A stretch of DNA of 64,000 nucleotides, from NCBI GenBank assembly GCA_905178155.1, contig CAJINV010000014.1, positions 2,203,923 to 2,267,922 on the forward strand, written 5' to 3'. Under the pieces are notes generated by a model, which had not been told where the DNA came from, did not search any database, and saw only the letters and a program-made list of their open reading frames with translations. Below, in pieces: positions 1-12,034 of this stretch (position 1 is the stretch's first letter; the number at the start of each line of letters is the position of its first letter). The DNA comes from Amoebophrya sp. A120. Its lineage: Eukaryota > Protista > Dinoflagellata. The position numbers and the translations under genes are program-made.

Positions 1-1421
1 GTAAAGATTTTACTCAGGACCGTGGTCCCTGCTCAAGATTTTACCAGGGACGGCTGGCCCAGGTAAAATCCGAACGAAACAGCGTGCCACGGGGTCGATT
101 TGAGTCGGAACCTTCAATCATTTTCATCATGGAACAGGCTTCATTTGGGGCGATCGTGTTACGTGTGTGCGGGATCGATTTCCATGACCAACAGGTTGAA
201 AAGTAGCCGTTTTTTAGTATATAGGCTGGCAAGCTGAACGCACGGGCGCTGCGCAACGCGGTTTGTAGAACAGCCATTCACTTTCGCTAAGAGAAGACAC
301 ATGGTCAGGCTTAGACACACCCGAACACGGAGCGTCGTGGACAATTAGTTTTTTGCTTTAGCAAGAAGCGACCCTGAAAGGGAAACTAGTTTTCAACCTA
401 AGTAGTCACTTTTGCAACAAGATTCTTCAGCGAGCGGGGATTTGCGCCGGCAACGCTGGAAAAAGATTCTGAGTGCTCTCTTCCGGCACTGATACTTCTC
501 TTCTGCGCTCGACAATTGGACTTCTGTCGTCAGGCAGCGAGTACAGAAAGGTGAAAAACCTTGGAAATGCTGTACCTGTAGCACCTCAGATCTGCTACTA
601 AACTCCGCGAGAACTCGATGCGAGATCTAGCCTGTAGAAAGGCAGAATGATGTCAGAACCACGACGGCGAGCGCCTCGAGAAAATTTTCGAATATCGCAA
701 AAAACTATGCGAAAACTCTCACGAATTGCTGAAGTTTGTGCTGCATATGTGAAGAATATTTAGACAAACAACGGACAAGTCCCACTGTGTGCGGCGAACG
801 ACATCTACCTCTACGTTCTACAATATACTAGAATCGGCGCACATGAGTGCAGCTGCGGGTTAAATAGAAAAAACCTTCGAAAATATACCGAACCCGTGGA
901 GGGCCATAGATGCAGAGCCGTACGCAAACGCTGAAAAAGGCACGGATATTGTCTACATCGGAGGACAATCACGTGCGCAGTAAAAATTGCATATTGCTTC
1001 CTGCTAGCGGTGGTGAAACAGAAATACAATCTTGAAACAGATGTGTTCAGCACGTGGAATAAACTGCATCTACCTGTAGAGAAATTTTGGCTACGGTTTT
1101 AACAGTTCTGCCAACAGATATGTTTTCGGAAAGATCTGCCGTCACTAATAATCGAACACCACTGCTGCAACGACAAGGAAGTTGTGTTCTTGCAGCAGGG
1201 ATGATACAATTATAAATTAGGTAGCTAGCATATAAAGTAGTTGCCTGTCGCAATGACAACGGAAATTACTGCTCAAGCGTAATGTCGGCTTATCTAAGAT
1301 GGTCGTTTTCTTTTCCGAAGGAGTATAAAATTGCTGAAACAACATGGGTTGTTCCGTAGGGCGACGCAGATTCTGTGTCACAGAATGCTGCGTCGCGTCT
1401 AATCGAGTGACAGAAAAACGA

Positions 1422-4267
1422 TTACGCAGGACGCGTACTTTGTTTGAGCAGCAGCCCAGTTTCGTCACTAACAAAGAGCTTTGCCAATTTCGCAATGTAG
1501 TTTGTACACTTATGCGAAAGAAAGCCGGTCATTCCAATAATGGGATTCAAAACAGTGGCTGAAGCCACAAACGCGAAGCCGAATTTTTCCGCCATACGGC
1601 TTCTCTGCTTTTCCTCCTCGCCGTCAGCAGCCACACTTTTCGCAGGCTCCCAGGGAAACGATTCACCATCTGTTGCCTGGTGTCCTGTTTTCCCTTCTTC
1701 TGCTGCTGCGGGTTCTGGTTCTGGAGGACCTGGCAAATAGAGCATCACCTGCCCCGAGGGTAATGCACCACCAGACTGAGCATCTTTCTTGGTGTGTAGT
1801 ACTTTCGATTGGGCTGCGTCGACTTTCGTCCAGATGTTGCGGGCATGTTCGATCGTCCATTCTTCGGAAACCGGCTCGTCCGATAGGATTTCGAGCGCCG
1901 TTGCAGCCATTTTCAGCATCCGCTGCGGGTAGTTCCCACGCGGGATGATATCGTCACCGGCAATCACCTATGCATTGCAAATATGATGTCTGAATCTGCT
2001 GGAAAATTGCACGTCTACGTCCATGATGCTAATTCTGTTTCTGGGTCACACGAACAACAAAATCTGGTGTGTTTACATTGGTACACATTCAAAGTTATCC
2101 AGTTCTTTCGACACACTGAGCGAACTTCCACTGGAGAATAAGCATTGAAAAGCCTTCGATAGACCCGTAAGGCCTACGCGTGCAATCCAGATACGGGACC
2201 ATCTTCGACTCGAAGACGGTCCCGTATCTCAATTGCAGACAATAAACAAGCGAACTCCACTACTAGACCCAGTCGTTGTATTTGAAGTGCATATGACCGA
2301 CAGAAACGATTTCACCGGGAAAAGCTCGTCACGGTCCTCGATGATCTCCTTGCTCTTGGCCTTTTCCTTCAAATGGTGCATTTGCGCGTGGGTACTGATC
2401 ATGCCCGGGTTCGCGTGGGCGTAGCACTTGACTTCGATAGGGTGATGGTCGTGCTCATGCTTGTCCTCGGCTTGAGTATGTTTTTGTTTCTTTTGTTCAC
2501 GACGAGCGTGATCGATGTCGTGAAACACTTTCTGACCGCGCCACATCGCGTACACCAGCTGCGCTACTCCTGCACCGAGAGAGTGCCCCGTGATGATCAC
2601 GCTTTTGTAATTGGGGTGTTTCTTCAACATCAAGGCGTGCACATCATTGAACGTCTTGTAGCTGATGTAGTGCGCTGCTTTGAAGAAACCCTCGTGCACC
2701 CTTATCATCGTCTTGGGGTCTGGATTGTGTACCCTATTGTGCTCAGCACAGATGTGGTCCTCGTGATGATTGTGGTGCTCGTTCTTGTCGTGGTGTTTAT
2801 GCACGGCCGGGTGATGTGAGTTGTATTTCACCCGCCCTTCTTTGTCGACGAAATGGTGATGTTTGTCCTCGTCGCCGACGCCGAAGTCCGCCAACTTCAC
2901 CCAGCAGTTTCCGAAGTGTGCGTCTGTTTTGACGTCTCCGAGGGTTGCAGTCCCTTGAACAACCACAACAACAGCCTGCAACGAGTCGTCTCGCAAAATC
3001 ATGTACGCAGGATGAGCATGCGTTGCCGCGATATAGTGACCAAACTCCACAACGTGTGCGAAGTGGTCTACACGTCCATGGTCTCCTCCAGCCGAGTCTT
3101 TCATCAGCAGATGATGATGCTCTCCCGCTGTTGCACTTTTTATTTCAAAAGGATTTTTATCAGCACTTTTGATGACGTCAATCCGGCCAAACTTGTAAAC
3201 ACAGTAAGAGAAAACGGCTGTGCGGTAGAGTTCTGCTTTCCGCCGTTGGTCCAGACTGAAGTAAGCACGTTCATGTTGCTCGTCAACTGTGACCCCCTTG
3301 TGGTTTTCGAAGACCAAGTTGTCGCTGACGCTGATGTCGACCTCGCGATCATGGGAAGCTTCGCCCGTCCAAACTTGCAGGTGTTCGATGGAGTTGAGCA
3401 CGCCTTGGTTCTCCCAAAACAAATGTTGCAGCGTCGTCCAAAGCGAAAACTTCCATCTCGCACTCTTGATCATGTCGATGTGGTCCTGGATGAAGTGTAG
3501 GCCTGATGTCATCGAATCCACAGCTGACGCGAGCTCGGGATGCTGTTCGTTAATGATATGGTTCCCAACCTCTTCCAACACAGTGAAGGTTTGTATAATC
3601 TTCAGGTTGAACTTAGCCTGTAAGTCTCTTGCTTCTTGGACTATTTCGTCTCGGAGATTTTTCGCTGCGGTGCTGGCCCGCCCAAACCATCGTGCCGCGT
3701 ATGCTCGTCCTGTTGCGGCAGCGGCTGCTAGTACTCCTGTGGGTCCCGTTCTTGTGACTAGTAGAAACGACTCAGCCGCGCCTGTGGACTCCGTAGTTTC
3801 ATTCGTTCCTCCACCTAATCCGACCCGAGCCGTCCTCGTGTCCTCTCCGCTCCGCTCCGCTCCGCTCCGCTCCGCTCCGCTCCCAACCCCTCCACGGCAA
3901 CGCTGTAATCCCCGTGCGCCGTGGTCTTGCCATTCGCGGCAGCTCTCGTCGTGGAGGGTGCTTTTAACTCATCTCCACTAGTACTGGAGTCGCCAGATAG
4001 TGATTTCTCCACGAAACCCGACTCGCCCGCGCCTTCATCTTTGACTTCCTCATCCGTGAACTCCGCTGTTGTATCCACAATGGTCGTACGCACTTGCTGT
4101 GAGTCGTCGTGGCGGTTGTAGTGCGGAGAGCGGTCAGTGGTCAAGGCGTCAGTCGCGTTCTCCGCGAATAAGAAAGTTGGCGCTAGCTCGCCTGCTCCGC
4201 TCCACGGAAACCACCAGCCACACAGTAAGTACAGTGTGCAAGTATACGAACCTCGTGGAGGCGCCAT
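1422..4267 (-). CDS. Class 3 (fungal/DAG-lipase-like) triacylglycerol lipase, multi-exon; 3' end unresolved
   Basis: VVVVQGT, VHEGF and ITGHSLGAGVA (GxSxG) motifs in ORF 2229-3581. Removing the 1969-2293 element joins FLSV to IAGDDIIPR (catalytic Asp motif). The lipase frame is open upstream to ~3968. A signal-peptide-like N-terminus (ATG 4267) lies in another frame across the (TCCGC)7 tract. The catalytic His was not located, so further exons below 1422 are likely. Confidence 0.85.
1969..2293. mobile_element. Introner (TAT...ATA element acting as an intron) in the lipase gene
   Basis: Left end tatgcattgcaaata, right end reverse complement tatgcacttcaaata. Flanks TCACC/TGACC (4/5 match). Removal restores the frame. 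Also readable as a GT-AG intron on the minus strand (gtca-tat...ata-g). Confidence 0.85.
3846..3883. repeat. Pentanucleotide microsatellite (TCCGC)7
   Basis: Read directly; lies at the frame switch in the lipase 5' region. Confidence 0.95.
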
Positions 4268-5084
4268 CTTGTTTTGGCGTATAGTGCTGTATGATGCGCG
4301 AGTCAGAGTGTCCCACAGGAATCCAACAAGTCGCGCGCGAAATCAAAGAAGGTCCTGGTTTCCACCCGCGAGATATGAACCCTTGAACCAGATGAAAAAT
4401 GGCTACGGAAGACAAGAGGAAGAGGTGGAAAACGAAATGAAAATAAAAGATCGATACGAAAAACCACGAATAGTGCAGCCATCAAGTTCAAGCAACTGAG
4501 CATGCGCAATGACTGAAAACAAGGAAGAGGAAAGACATAGCACGCATGCAAATATCATTCCGTCCTATGTACAGCGTTCGGCTTGGGAAACTGCGGCCTC
4601 GCGTTTGCAGAGAGGACGAGAAGCAGAGACAGCTCTAAAACTAAATTGAGACCGTCGTGCTGTCCGATTTCGAGAGTGCACTTTTCTTATTGTGCGCTGC
4701 ACAGAAAGTAAGTCATGCTTTTCCTTTTTGTCGCTGTGCCATCGAGTTACTGTTGTAGTCGAAGTTTTAATTCATAATTGATCATTCATTATATCGTGTT
4801 CGTGCTTCACAATGCTGACAGCAAATAATAGTCCTAGAAAACCAAGCAGATACGATATTAAAGCTGACTGCAAATGCGCAGTAGTGCTATTATCATCATC
4901 TTCATCATCGTGGACAATCATGGTTGTCTTCTTGTGTCTGTGAGCAACGACTTGGGTGAAGTGACGCTTTCAGAGCTAATATTGATTTTTTTCTTCAAGA
5001 CTACACTCACGCTTTGCTACTGCCCTACTACCTTTTGCGTTTGGTATTGATAGTCATATCTACAACTTTAACAAAAATTCAAAA

Positions 5085-5180
5085 GAGTTCAGTGCACCTT
5101 TTGAGTTCAGTGCACCTTTTGAGTTCAATGCATCTCTTGAGTTCAGTGCACCTTTTGAGTTCACTGAACTTTTTGAGTTC
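5085..5180. repeat. 18-bp tandem repeat, ~5 copies (gagttcagtgcacctttt)
   Basis: Read directly. Confidence 0.9.
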
Positions 5181-5635
5181 TTCTTCGTCGCACATCATGA
5201 TAAGACTTGCTCGGAGTTCACAAAATTCACAGCATTCAGATTCACAAAATTCAATCTTGATCTTAGAATCATCAATCTTAGAATCATCATGAGCCACTAT
5301 CTCGACCTTCAAGTCATAATCTCATATAGAAAAACATAATCCATCATCTCGATCCCCGAATCATTCTCGCGATCTCAAAGCCATACCTTCTTTTCGAAAG
5401 TCATAATCTTCGATCTTAGACACAATGTCTCGATCTCGGAGTCTTCGTCTCAATCTCATTCATAGTCTCCATCTTGAAAAAATTATATACACTCTCATGC
5501 CATCACTATTTCAATCTTAAAATCTTCATCGCAGTCTTAAAATCATACTCTGCACTGAAAACGCAGACGAATGATCTCTATCATCATCATCGTCATTCAC
5601 ATCAGAGACTGGGGCGAAGAGGCGTCATTCACTCT

Positions 5636-5993
5636 TGAGACTGTGGCGACTCATCAGTCAACATATCAAAATGTCAACAACACATCATGAAAATCCCACA
5701 CATCCAGCCATCACCATCCTCATCGTCATATCGAAAGGGCGGGGGGGGCGCGGGGGGGGGCGAGGGCCCCCCGCACTTCCTCATCATCATCATCATCGTC
5801 ATCGTGTACGTGGGGCGGGGATAATAATCATGATCGTCGTCATCATTCGTGAGATTGTGGCGGTTCATCAAGCAACATATCCAAACGGCAGCAAAACATC
5901 ATAAAAATTTCACACGTCCAGCCATCACCATCATCGTCATCATATCGCAAGGGCGGGGGGGGCGCGGGGGGGGGCGAGGGCCCCCCGCACTTC
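5636..5993. repeat. Diverged tandem duplication (~210-bp period) with a conserved G-run core
   Basis: Copies at ~5636-5779 and ~5849-5993 each end in gggc-G run-cgc-G run-cgagggccccccgcactt, embedded in (ATC)n-rich sequence. Confidence 0.85.
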
Positions 5994-8220
5994 AATAAAT
6001 CGTCATCATCTTCATCATCATCGCCATCATTCATGTCCGAGAAGTTGTGGCACGGAGCTTCCGCTCAATTCGCGAAAGACGAAAGCACAGGCACCCGCGT
6101 AAACGATAGCTAGAACCTACCGACCCGGCGCCGCGACAGAAAGCGGCGACACGCTGAAGCCTAGCAGATGACAAAGGATAACAGCGACGATCGAGGGGCC
6201 GACGAGTTGCGCGTGGCGACGCCCTATCTAACGCAAAGAAAAAGCCGGGCGGAAGATGAAAATAGAACGATCGAGGCAGGGGCGCCACGTTTGAACTCAT
6301 CGCGAGGCAGCTTCCTACGCAGAAGTCAACAGTGCCGACAGACGCCAACGTGTCCACTTCGTTCTAATAACACCACAGGCACACCAGTGGCGCAACACAC
6401 GCTCGAGCCTCAGCCCCTGGGGAGACAACTCTTGCGACGCACGCGGCGCTCCCTGAACGTGCGCAAGAGGGCTACGCGCACGGAGCTGCTAGCGCGCCGC
6501 GTGAAAAATGTACTGCAATCGCAATTCAGCCCTGGACTTTGGGTTTTGGAAAATATATACGCAGAGCGATAACATAGCCGCGGAGACTTCGCAAAAGCTC
6601 GCCCTCATCTACAGATTCTAGCTCGGTGCCGTCCTGTTATCTACATACTTCTGAAATAGTTCGGACGCAGAGTCACGCCAGGCCGCAACTCGCGGAAGGC
6701 CCCATCCGCCACGTCTATAAAATTTTCCGAGGCTCGGTAGTCCAAGTCCATGATGTACTTCCCCGGGCGCCATGATTGATATCAGCCACCATTCGTCGCC
6801 CGCGCGCCAGCATAGCGCTGGCGGGCTCCTTTTGTCCCTTTGGTTCCTGCGACGTGAAGAACCAGCAAACGACGTGGCCGCTAGCGGCCTTCGTGTCCCC
6901 GACCCAGATGCATTCCGCAGGGTTTGCGCCGTCGGCGCGCTTCTCTCTCTCCGAACCCGTGCGCCGGTGGTACATGGCGCCCCGAAGTAAGTCCACCCTT
7001 CGCCCCTTCTCATCCGGGTGATTGGGAAAATCCGGCTTCGACATTGGTTGCAGAGTGGAGTGTATCTCGCAAGCTTCTACTACTAGATGCGAAATTGCGC
7101 TTGCAGGAGGAGATGGCGCGACGTGATAGAGAGTTACAAGACCGACGGCGCCAACACAGCGGCAGAGTTTCTAGCAATGGGTAAAAGCTGGGACTTCTGT
7201 AAATGTAAATGATTGCAGTGGAAAAAAGAAGCGCAGAAACTAGGTGCGTCGCTGTTCGGAAATGAAACGGGGATAGAAAAGGGTGGGGCGATTGTATGAA
7301 CCAAAGCCAGGCATACGTGCCCGACGTACCTTTTTGCTCATCGTTTCATGGTCCTCCTGGGCCTTGCCTGCTGCAGATCTCGCGTGCCGGCTAGCAGGCA
7401 TGACTGCGCGGCCGGCTGCGCAACTTCTAAAGTCCTTGGCTAAGTATCTTTTCTGATCGATCATTTGCTTTTTATCATCATCATCATCATCATCGTCATC
7501 ATCGCCATCGTCTATCCTGCGCGGGGTATTGCGCAGCAAAGGGCTAAAAAGTTTCTTCATGGAAGCAGGAGAGGGCGATTTTAGTCTCTTCATCGCTGCC
7601 GCAGCGACTTCTTCTCTCTGGGTGGTTCTGATGTGTACACAGGAAAATGAGTCGGATCCTCCATACATGCAACGCAGAAAAAGAAGCGCGCACACAGGGG
7701 GGGGCTTGGGGCGGTCTTCCCCGCGACCGGGAAACTGCGGCGCCATCCCCCAGCGAAGGCTTCGCGTGTGTTCCCTACCGAGTACCACTGCGCCTCTGCG
7801 AAAAAAGTTCGCGCAAGCGGCTGCGCGTTCCTGCAGGACGGGTTGGGGCCGGTCTCCCCCCCCGGAGTGGGCCGCCTTCCTTGCTTACTCAGCCACCACC
7901 TCCACGAAGCCCACTACCCATTCTAGCGCAAGTTTGCGTTGTCACGCCGAGCGGGCGAAGCTTTTCGAATCTCGTTACTATTCTACACAAACTCGTCGCC
8001 CGCCTGGGGTTCAGCGTGGTCCATGTTAAAAATAATGCTCGTCATCATGTGGCGACTACTACTGGGCCAGGGCCTGCTGGACGGGCCCCACCAGGCTTTC
8101 GTACTGTCTCTATGTGAGTACCTTGCTTGCAGGATAGTTGTAGTTCATCAACCAACTCAACATAAGCAGCTCATCCGGATCGACTTTGTTCTACGTAACT
8201 TACTTACTGTTACTTCACCC

Positions 8221-9162
8221 CTACTGCATCACATCTCTGATGTGGTAATCCCTCCGCGCTTCCCGCGCAGAATAGTCCGGCTTAGTATCAGCCACGGTTT
8301 TCACGAAAGACACTAACTCATGCTCCACACCGTACAACTTCTCCACGTCTTTCACGCCCTCTAACTTCTGAAACCCCATGAGCTTCCCCGCGACCTTCTG
8401 GCTCTTCAGGTTCCCGACGGCACAGGAGATGTCGAAGTGCTGCAGCTGAAACTCTCTTCGTCCATACTCCACCAGCTGCTCCACACATTTCGTCATCAGG
8501 CCGCACCTTTCAAAATCCTGCGACAGCCAGTACCCAATGTAGCCGATCCTTCGATCGTGGTCGATGAAGTTGAAACCACAGAGACCGGCGATTGTGGCAA
8601 CTGCCGGCACGTCGACATCAAAGGATGCGACGTCATCATCATCTGCAGCCGCGCTAGAAGCAGTCACAAGAACTTCGATCACCTGCACGAAAGATCTGCC
8701 TGCTTCCCCGTCTGATTTCGTCTTGTCTAGGAAGAAGAACTCGTCTTCGAATTTTCGCACGAAGTCCAGCCAGGGCAGCCATTCGCGCAAGTGCGTCCGG
8801 TTTTTGTCGATCACTTCGAAAAGTCGCTTGGCCTCGAGGTCCTTACTGGCATCTGCGTGGCGAACGTTGCGCAGGGAAACGTGGAGAAGGCCTCGAGGTT
8901 TCGAAGAGGAGAGTGAGGTGGAGGAGTTGGCATCAGCTGCAGTGGGAGTTGAAGATGAAAACGCGGGCGAGACTTCATGTGTGAAGGACAAACTTACCTC
9001 ACCAGATGGATAGGGGTGGTGGGGAAAGTCTGGTCGTTTAGCCGTGCTCGTAATTATGGGATCCTTGATGTCACGAGGGCCAGTAAGCAAGTCAGTCTCG
9101 TCGTCAATGGCACTTCTGCGCTCGTCCATCGACCCCGCCGATGAAACTGGAGGAGGCACCAT
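8221..9162 (-). CDS. GNAT N-acetyltransferase, RimJ/RimL family
   Basis: LFEVIDKNRTHLREWLPWLD, IGYIGYWLSQDFERCGLMT and CAVGNLKSQKVA match the RimL/YdaF pattern; 313-aa uninterrupted ORF. Confidence 0.88.
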   Translation of the reverse strand: MVPPPVSSAGSMDERRSAIDDETDLLTGPRDIKDPIITSTAKRPDFPHHPYPSGEVSLSFTHEVSPAFSSSTPTAADANSSTSLSSSKPRGLLHVSLRNVRHADASKDLEAKRLFEVIDKNRTHLREWLPWLDFVRKFEDEFFFLDKTKSDGEAGRSFVQVIEVLVTASSAAADDDDVASFDVDVPAVATIAGLCGFNFIDHDRRIGYIGYWLSQDFERCGLMTKCVEQLVEYGRREFQLQHFDISCAVGNLKSQKVAGKLMGFQKLEGVKDVEKLYGVEHELVSFVKTVADTKPDYSAREARRDYHIRDVMQ

Positions 9163-9791
9163 AGTTTGATTTTCTGCTTTATCAAGGGTGCAATCTACTA
9201 AGTAAGCCGTCGAGGGTCAGGTTATTCTTAGTCTGAGAGAGAGGGGAATATCAAAATACGCAGCTGCTGGGGGGGGGCAGCAGCAGCTTGCGTTGCAAAA
9301 TTGCTTGCTCTTTGATGCGAAGGATTTGATGCAAAGAGAGCGCTCTAATGACACCGAGTGTTCCAATAAAAATGCTTCTGATGTACCACAAGAATTTTTG
9401 CAATTGTGAAGTCATTCGCTTGATGAAGCCTCTTGTTCTGCTTGGCGACACGCGTTTCGTGTGCGTCTCAGCATGTCACAGCAGAGCAGGCAGAGAAAAA
9501 TTTTGTCGAAGTCCATAAAAAAAAGACCTATGTATTCGTCCATTCGCGGTCTGTTCTCACGTATTTTTTTCCGTTCCTGAACATGGGAGACTATACACGA
9601 CGCTTCTTCACCGAAGCAGAAGTCTTTGAACTTTTCTGTTATGTTGAGCATGTCGTGCTTAGATCATCACGCAGACAGTATTTCCATCGATTCGTGGAAC
9701 GGTTTTGAGTCTGATCTTCCACAGTGAAGCTTATGGGGTCGATCCGTACTGCACAGGACCCTGGATCGAGCTGACCAGAGCCAGACAACCA

Positions 9792-11879
9792 CTACCGTGT
9801 GTGTGTGTGTGTCAACCGGAGGAAAGGTGGTCCAAAAATGGACAAGGACAAGACCGACTGAACACAGAATGACCCAGCCAAGAAGAGCGTCCACTTGGCC
9901 GTCCATTTGTCCACCCGCCGCACCGAGCAGGTAGAAACAGGATATTCTTCAACTGATATTTTTTTGGGTACGATCGTACTAGAAGATGCATGATCTCTTT
10001 GCGTCACATTGCGAATCGCGCGTCTCTGTTCCAAATAGGTCATGTGTTTCAGCGCAGTAGCGTAGTCGTCTTCGTCAAAAGCAGCAAAATGGTTCCGACG
10101 GAAGCCATTCTTCTTTACTTTACTGCTCTGAGCGCCATTCTTATTGCCAGTTCCTGGAGCAGCATTTCTGCCAGATGCTGGAGCTGTTTTCACCACTTTC
10201 ATTTGTTCTCTACCAGCAACCCGATGTTGCTCCCGCTCCCGCTTTTTCGGCAATACATCATCATCACCAGCATAAAAATCGTCCTGCTTGTTTCCAATTG
10301 AGTTTGAAACAGCACGCTCCTTCCCCTCATCCCTTCGTTGGAACAAGGAGGCGTGATTCTCGTGGCCAAAGAACTTTGTCATCGTCATCTCATCATCCGC
10401 GTAATTATTTTGCAACTCTTGCCGAGCTCGAAGATCCGCAACCGCGCCAAGGCTCTGGCTTGCACTTGTCGAAGTCCTCTCGCGTCCCCCAAGTAAGACC
10501 ACACCGTCCGGATCTGTAGTTCGCGAAATTTGACGCTGCTGTGATGAAGGGAGCGAAGATGAGATTTTTCTTATCTTCCCAAATATGAGCTCGGAATCTG
10601 TAGCTCGTTCTGGCTGCGCTCTCTGCTCCTGCTCCAATTCTGCACGTTGTTCCTGTTCCTCATCCCGCATCTGGCTCCTCAGCAATTCCGCCATGGACAG
10701 TGGATCATTCCCGTTGTCAATGTCCCGAAGCAGAATGTCCTTCGACATTTGCTTCTTGTAACCCTTCCGCAGTGTCTGAATGTCCTGCGACGCATTCTCC
10801 AGCATGTCCAAGGCGGCGTAGAGTTGCGCGGAGGAAGGTTCGAGGTGCTTGTTCCCAGCGATGCCAATATCAAGAATCACATCCTGTTCGCGAAGAGCGT
10901 CGTCTTCTTCGGTGCCGTCCTCTACAGGATGAAAACCCTCCGCGTTGCTTTTCGCGTTCAAGTTCCTGTCGTCGTGGTCTCTCCGGCGCCTCGTGTCGCT
11001 CGCCCGTTTCAACAGCGCCCTTCTTTCCGTGGCGTGTTTCAAAGGTTGCGATTGGTGCGACGCCTGCAGCTCCTCGTTGATCTTCTGAACCAGTAACGCC
11101 TGCTGCTCCTTCGCGTACCTCTTCGCCAAGAGAGGTTTTTTCTTTTTCGGCTGCTTCAGGAGCTTTTTTTCGTGCTCTGCTTCAACGCGGGCCTGCAGAT
11201 TCGGGTCGAGGAGGTCGATGTAAGTGCTTGTTTTTATTTGTCGATCTGCACCGGTTGCAGCTGTTGCCGAAATTAATGTGTGCTCATCGCCTGCTGCAGC
11301 TGCTCCGGAATCCATTCCTACCACGTGTCCAACACCTGCATCAGTTGTGTCTTCACTTCGAGCAGATACGGAAACTACATCTTCAACCACACCGGTGGCC
11401 GTTCGAACGAGATCGGTTAGATGAAGCTTCTTTTGTTCCCGCGTGTTCCTGCTGCTCCTACTGCTGGCTGTTCGTGTCGACAACGAAGAGGATGCTTTTC
11501 TCGGAAGAGCAGCACCAGCCGGGCCTGTAACTTCTTCTGCATGATAATTTGGAGAACGTTTCCTGGCCCCGCCTACAGCTTCGTGACTTACCCCTATTGC
11601 GCTTTCTTTTGAAGCAGCCGAGGAACTGCCGGCCTGAATAGACTGCGTCGGCACAAGCTCCTTCCTCTCTCCCGACGCGAAGTAATCGGAGGAAAACAAG
11701 AACTGCTGCGAAGTCGGCGGCGGCACTCCCTTGGATGGTACGTTCCTCCGGAAGTAGATGCTGCCCACTGTGGAATTCGACGCTTGTCTCATCGAGGACA
11801 AAACCTCGTCTCGACCATCTGCCAGCTCTTTTCGCAGGTTCAGGAGATTCCTGGAGGTGGTTTGGTGGTGGAAGTTCAT
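9792..11879 (-). CDS. Hypothetical low-complexity/coiled-coil protein (probably one exon of a larger gene)
   Basis: 695-aa ORF on the resident-gene strand; no recognisable domain; ends uncertain. Confidence 0.6.
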   Translation of the reverse strand: MNFHHQTTSRNLLNLRKELADGRDEVLSSMRQASNSTVGSIYFRRNVPSKGVPPPTSQQFLFSSDYFASGERKELVPTQSIQAGSSSAASKESAIGVSHEAVGGARKRSPNYHAEEVTGPAGAALPRKASSSLSTRTASSRSSRNTREQKKLHLTDLVRTATGVVEDVVSVSARSEDTTDAGVGHVVGMDSGAAAAGDEHTLISATAATGADRQIKTSTYIDLLDPNLQARVEAEHEKKLLKQPKKKKPLLAKRYAKEQQALLVQKINEELQASHQSQPLKHATERRALLKRASDTRRRRDHDDRNLNAKSNAEGFHPVEDGTEEDDALREQDVILDIGIAGNKHLEPSSAQLYAALDMLENASQDIQTLRKGYKKQMSKDILLRDIDNGNDPLSMAELLRSQMRDEEQEQRAELEQEQRAQPERATDSELIFGKIRKISSSLPSSQQRQISRTTDPDGVVLLGGRERTSTSASQSLGAVADLRARQELQNNYADDEMTMTKFFGHENHASLFQRRDEGKERAVSNSIGNKQDDFYAGDDDVLPKKREREQHRVAGREQMKVVKTAPASGRNAAPGTGNKNGAQSSKVKKNGFRRNHFAAFDEDDYATALKHMTYLEQRRAIRNVTQRDHASSSTIVPKKISVEEYPVSTCSVRRVDKWTAKWTLFLAGSFCVQSVLSLSIFGPPFLRLTHTHTR

Positions 11880-12034
11880 GACGATTGTCTTGCGCCATCA
11901 CAGCACAGTGTTGTTGAGCAGCAACACAGAGTAACAGCGGTGCTGCAGCAGTTCCCGCCCTCATAGTTCCAGCTTCTAGACCTACCGACCTAGTAGACTA
12001 CGTGCATTTTGAAGGTGAAATCAGGCATGACAGG

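Noticed and set aside
205-228. Possible introner right end (ttttttagtatata followed by ggctg)
   Set aside because: No matching left end or direct repeat within the window; it may lie upstream of position 1.
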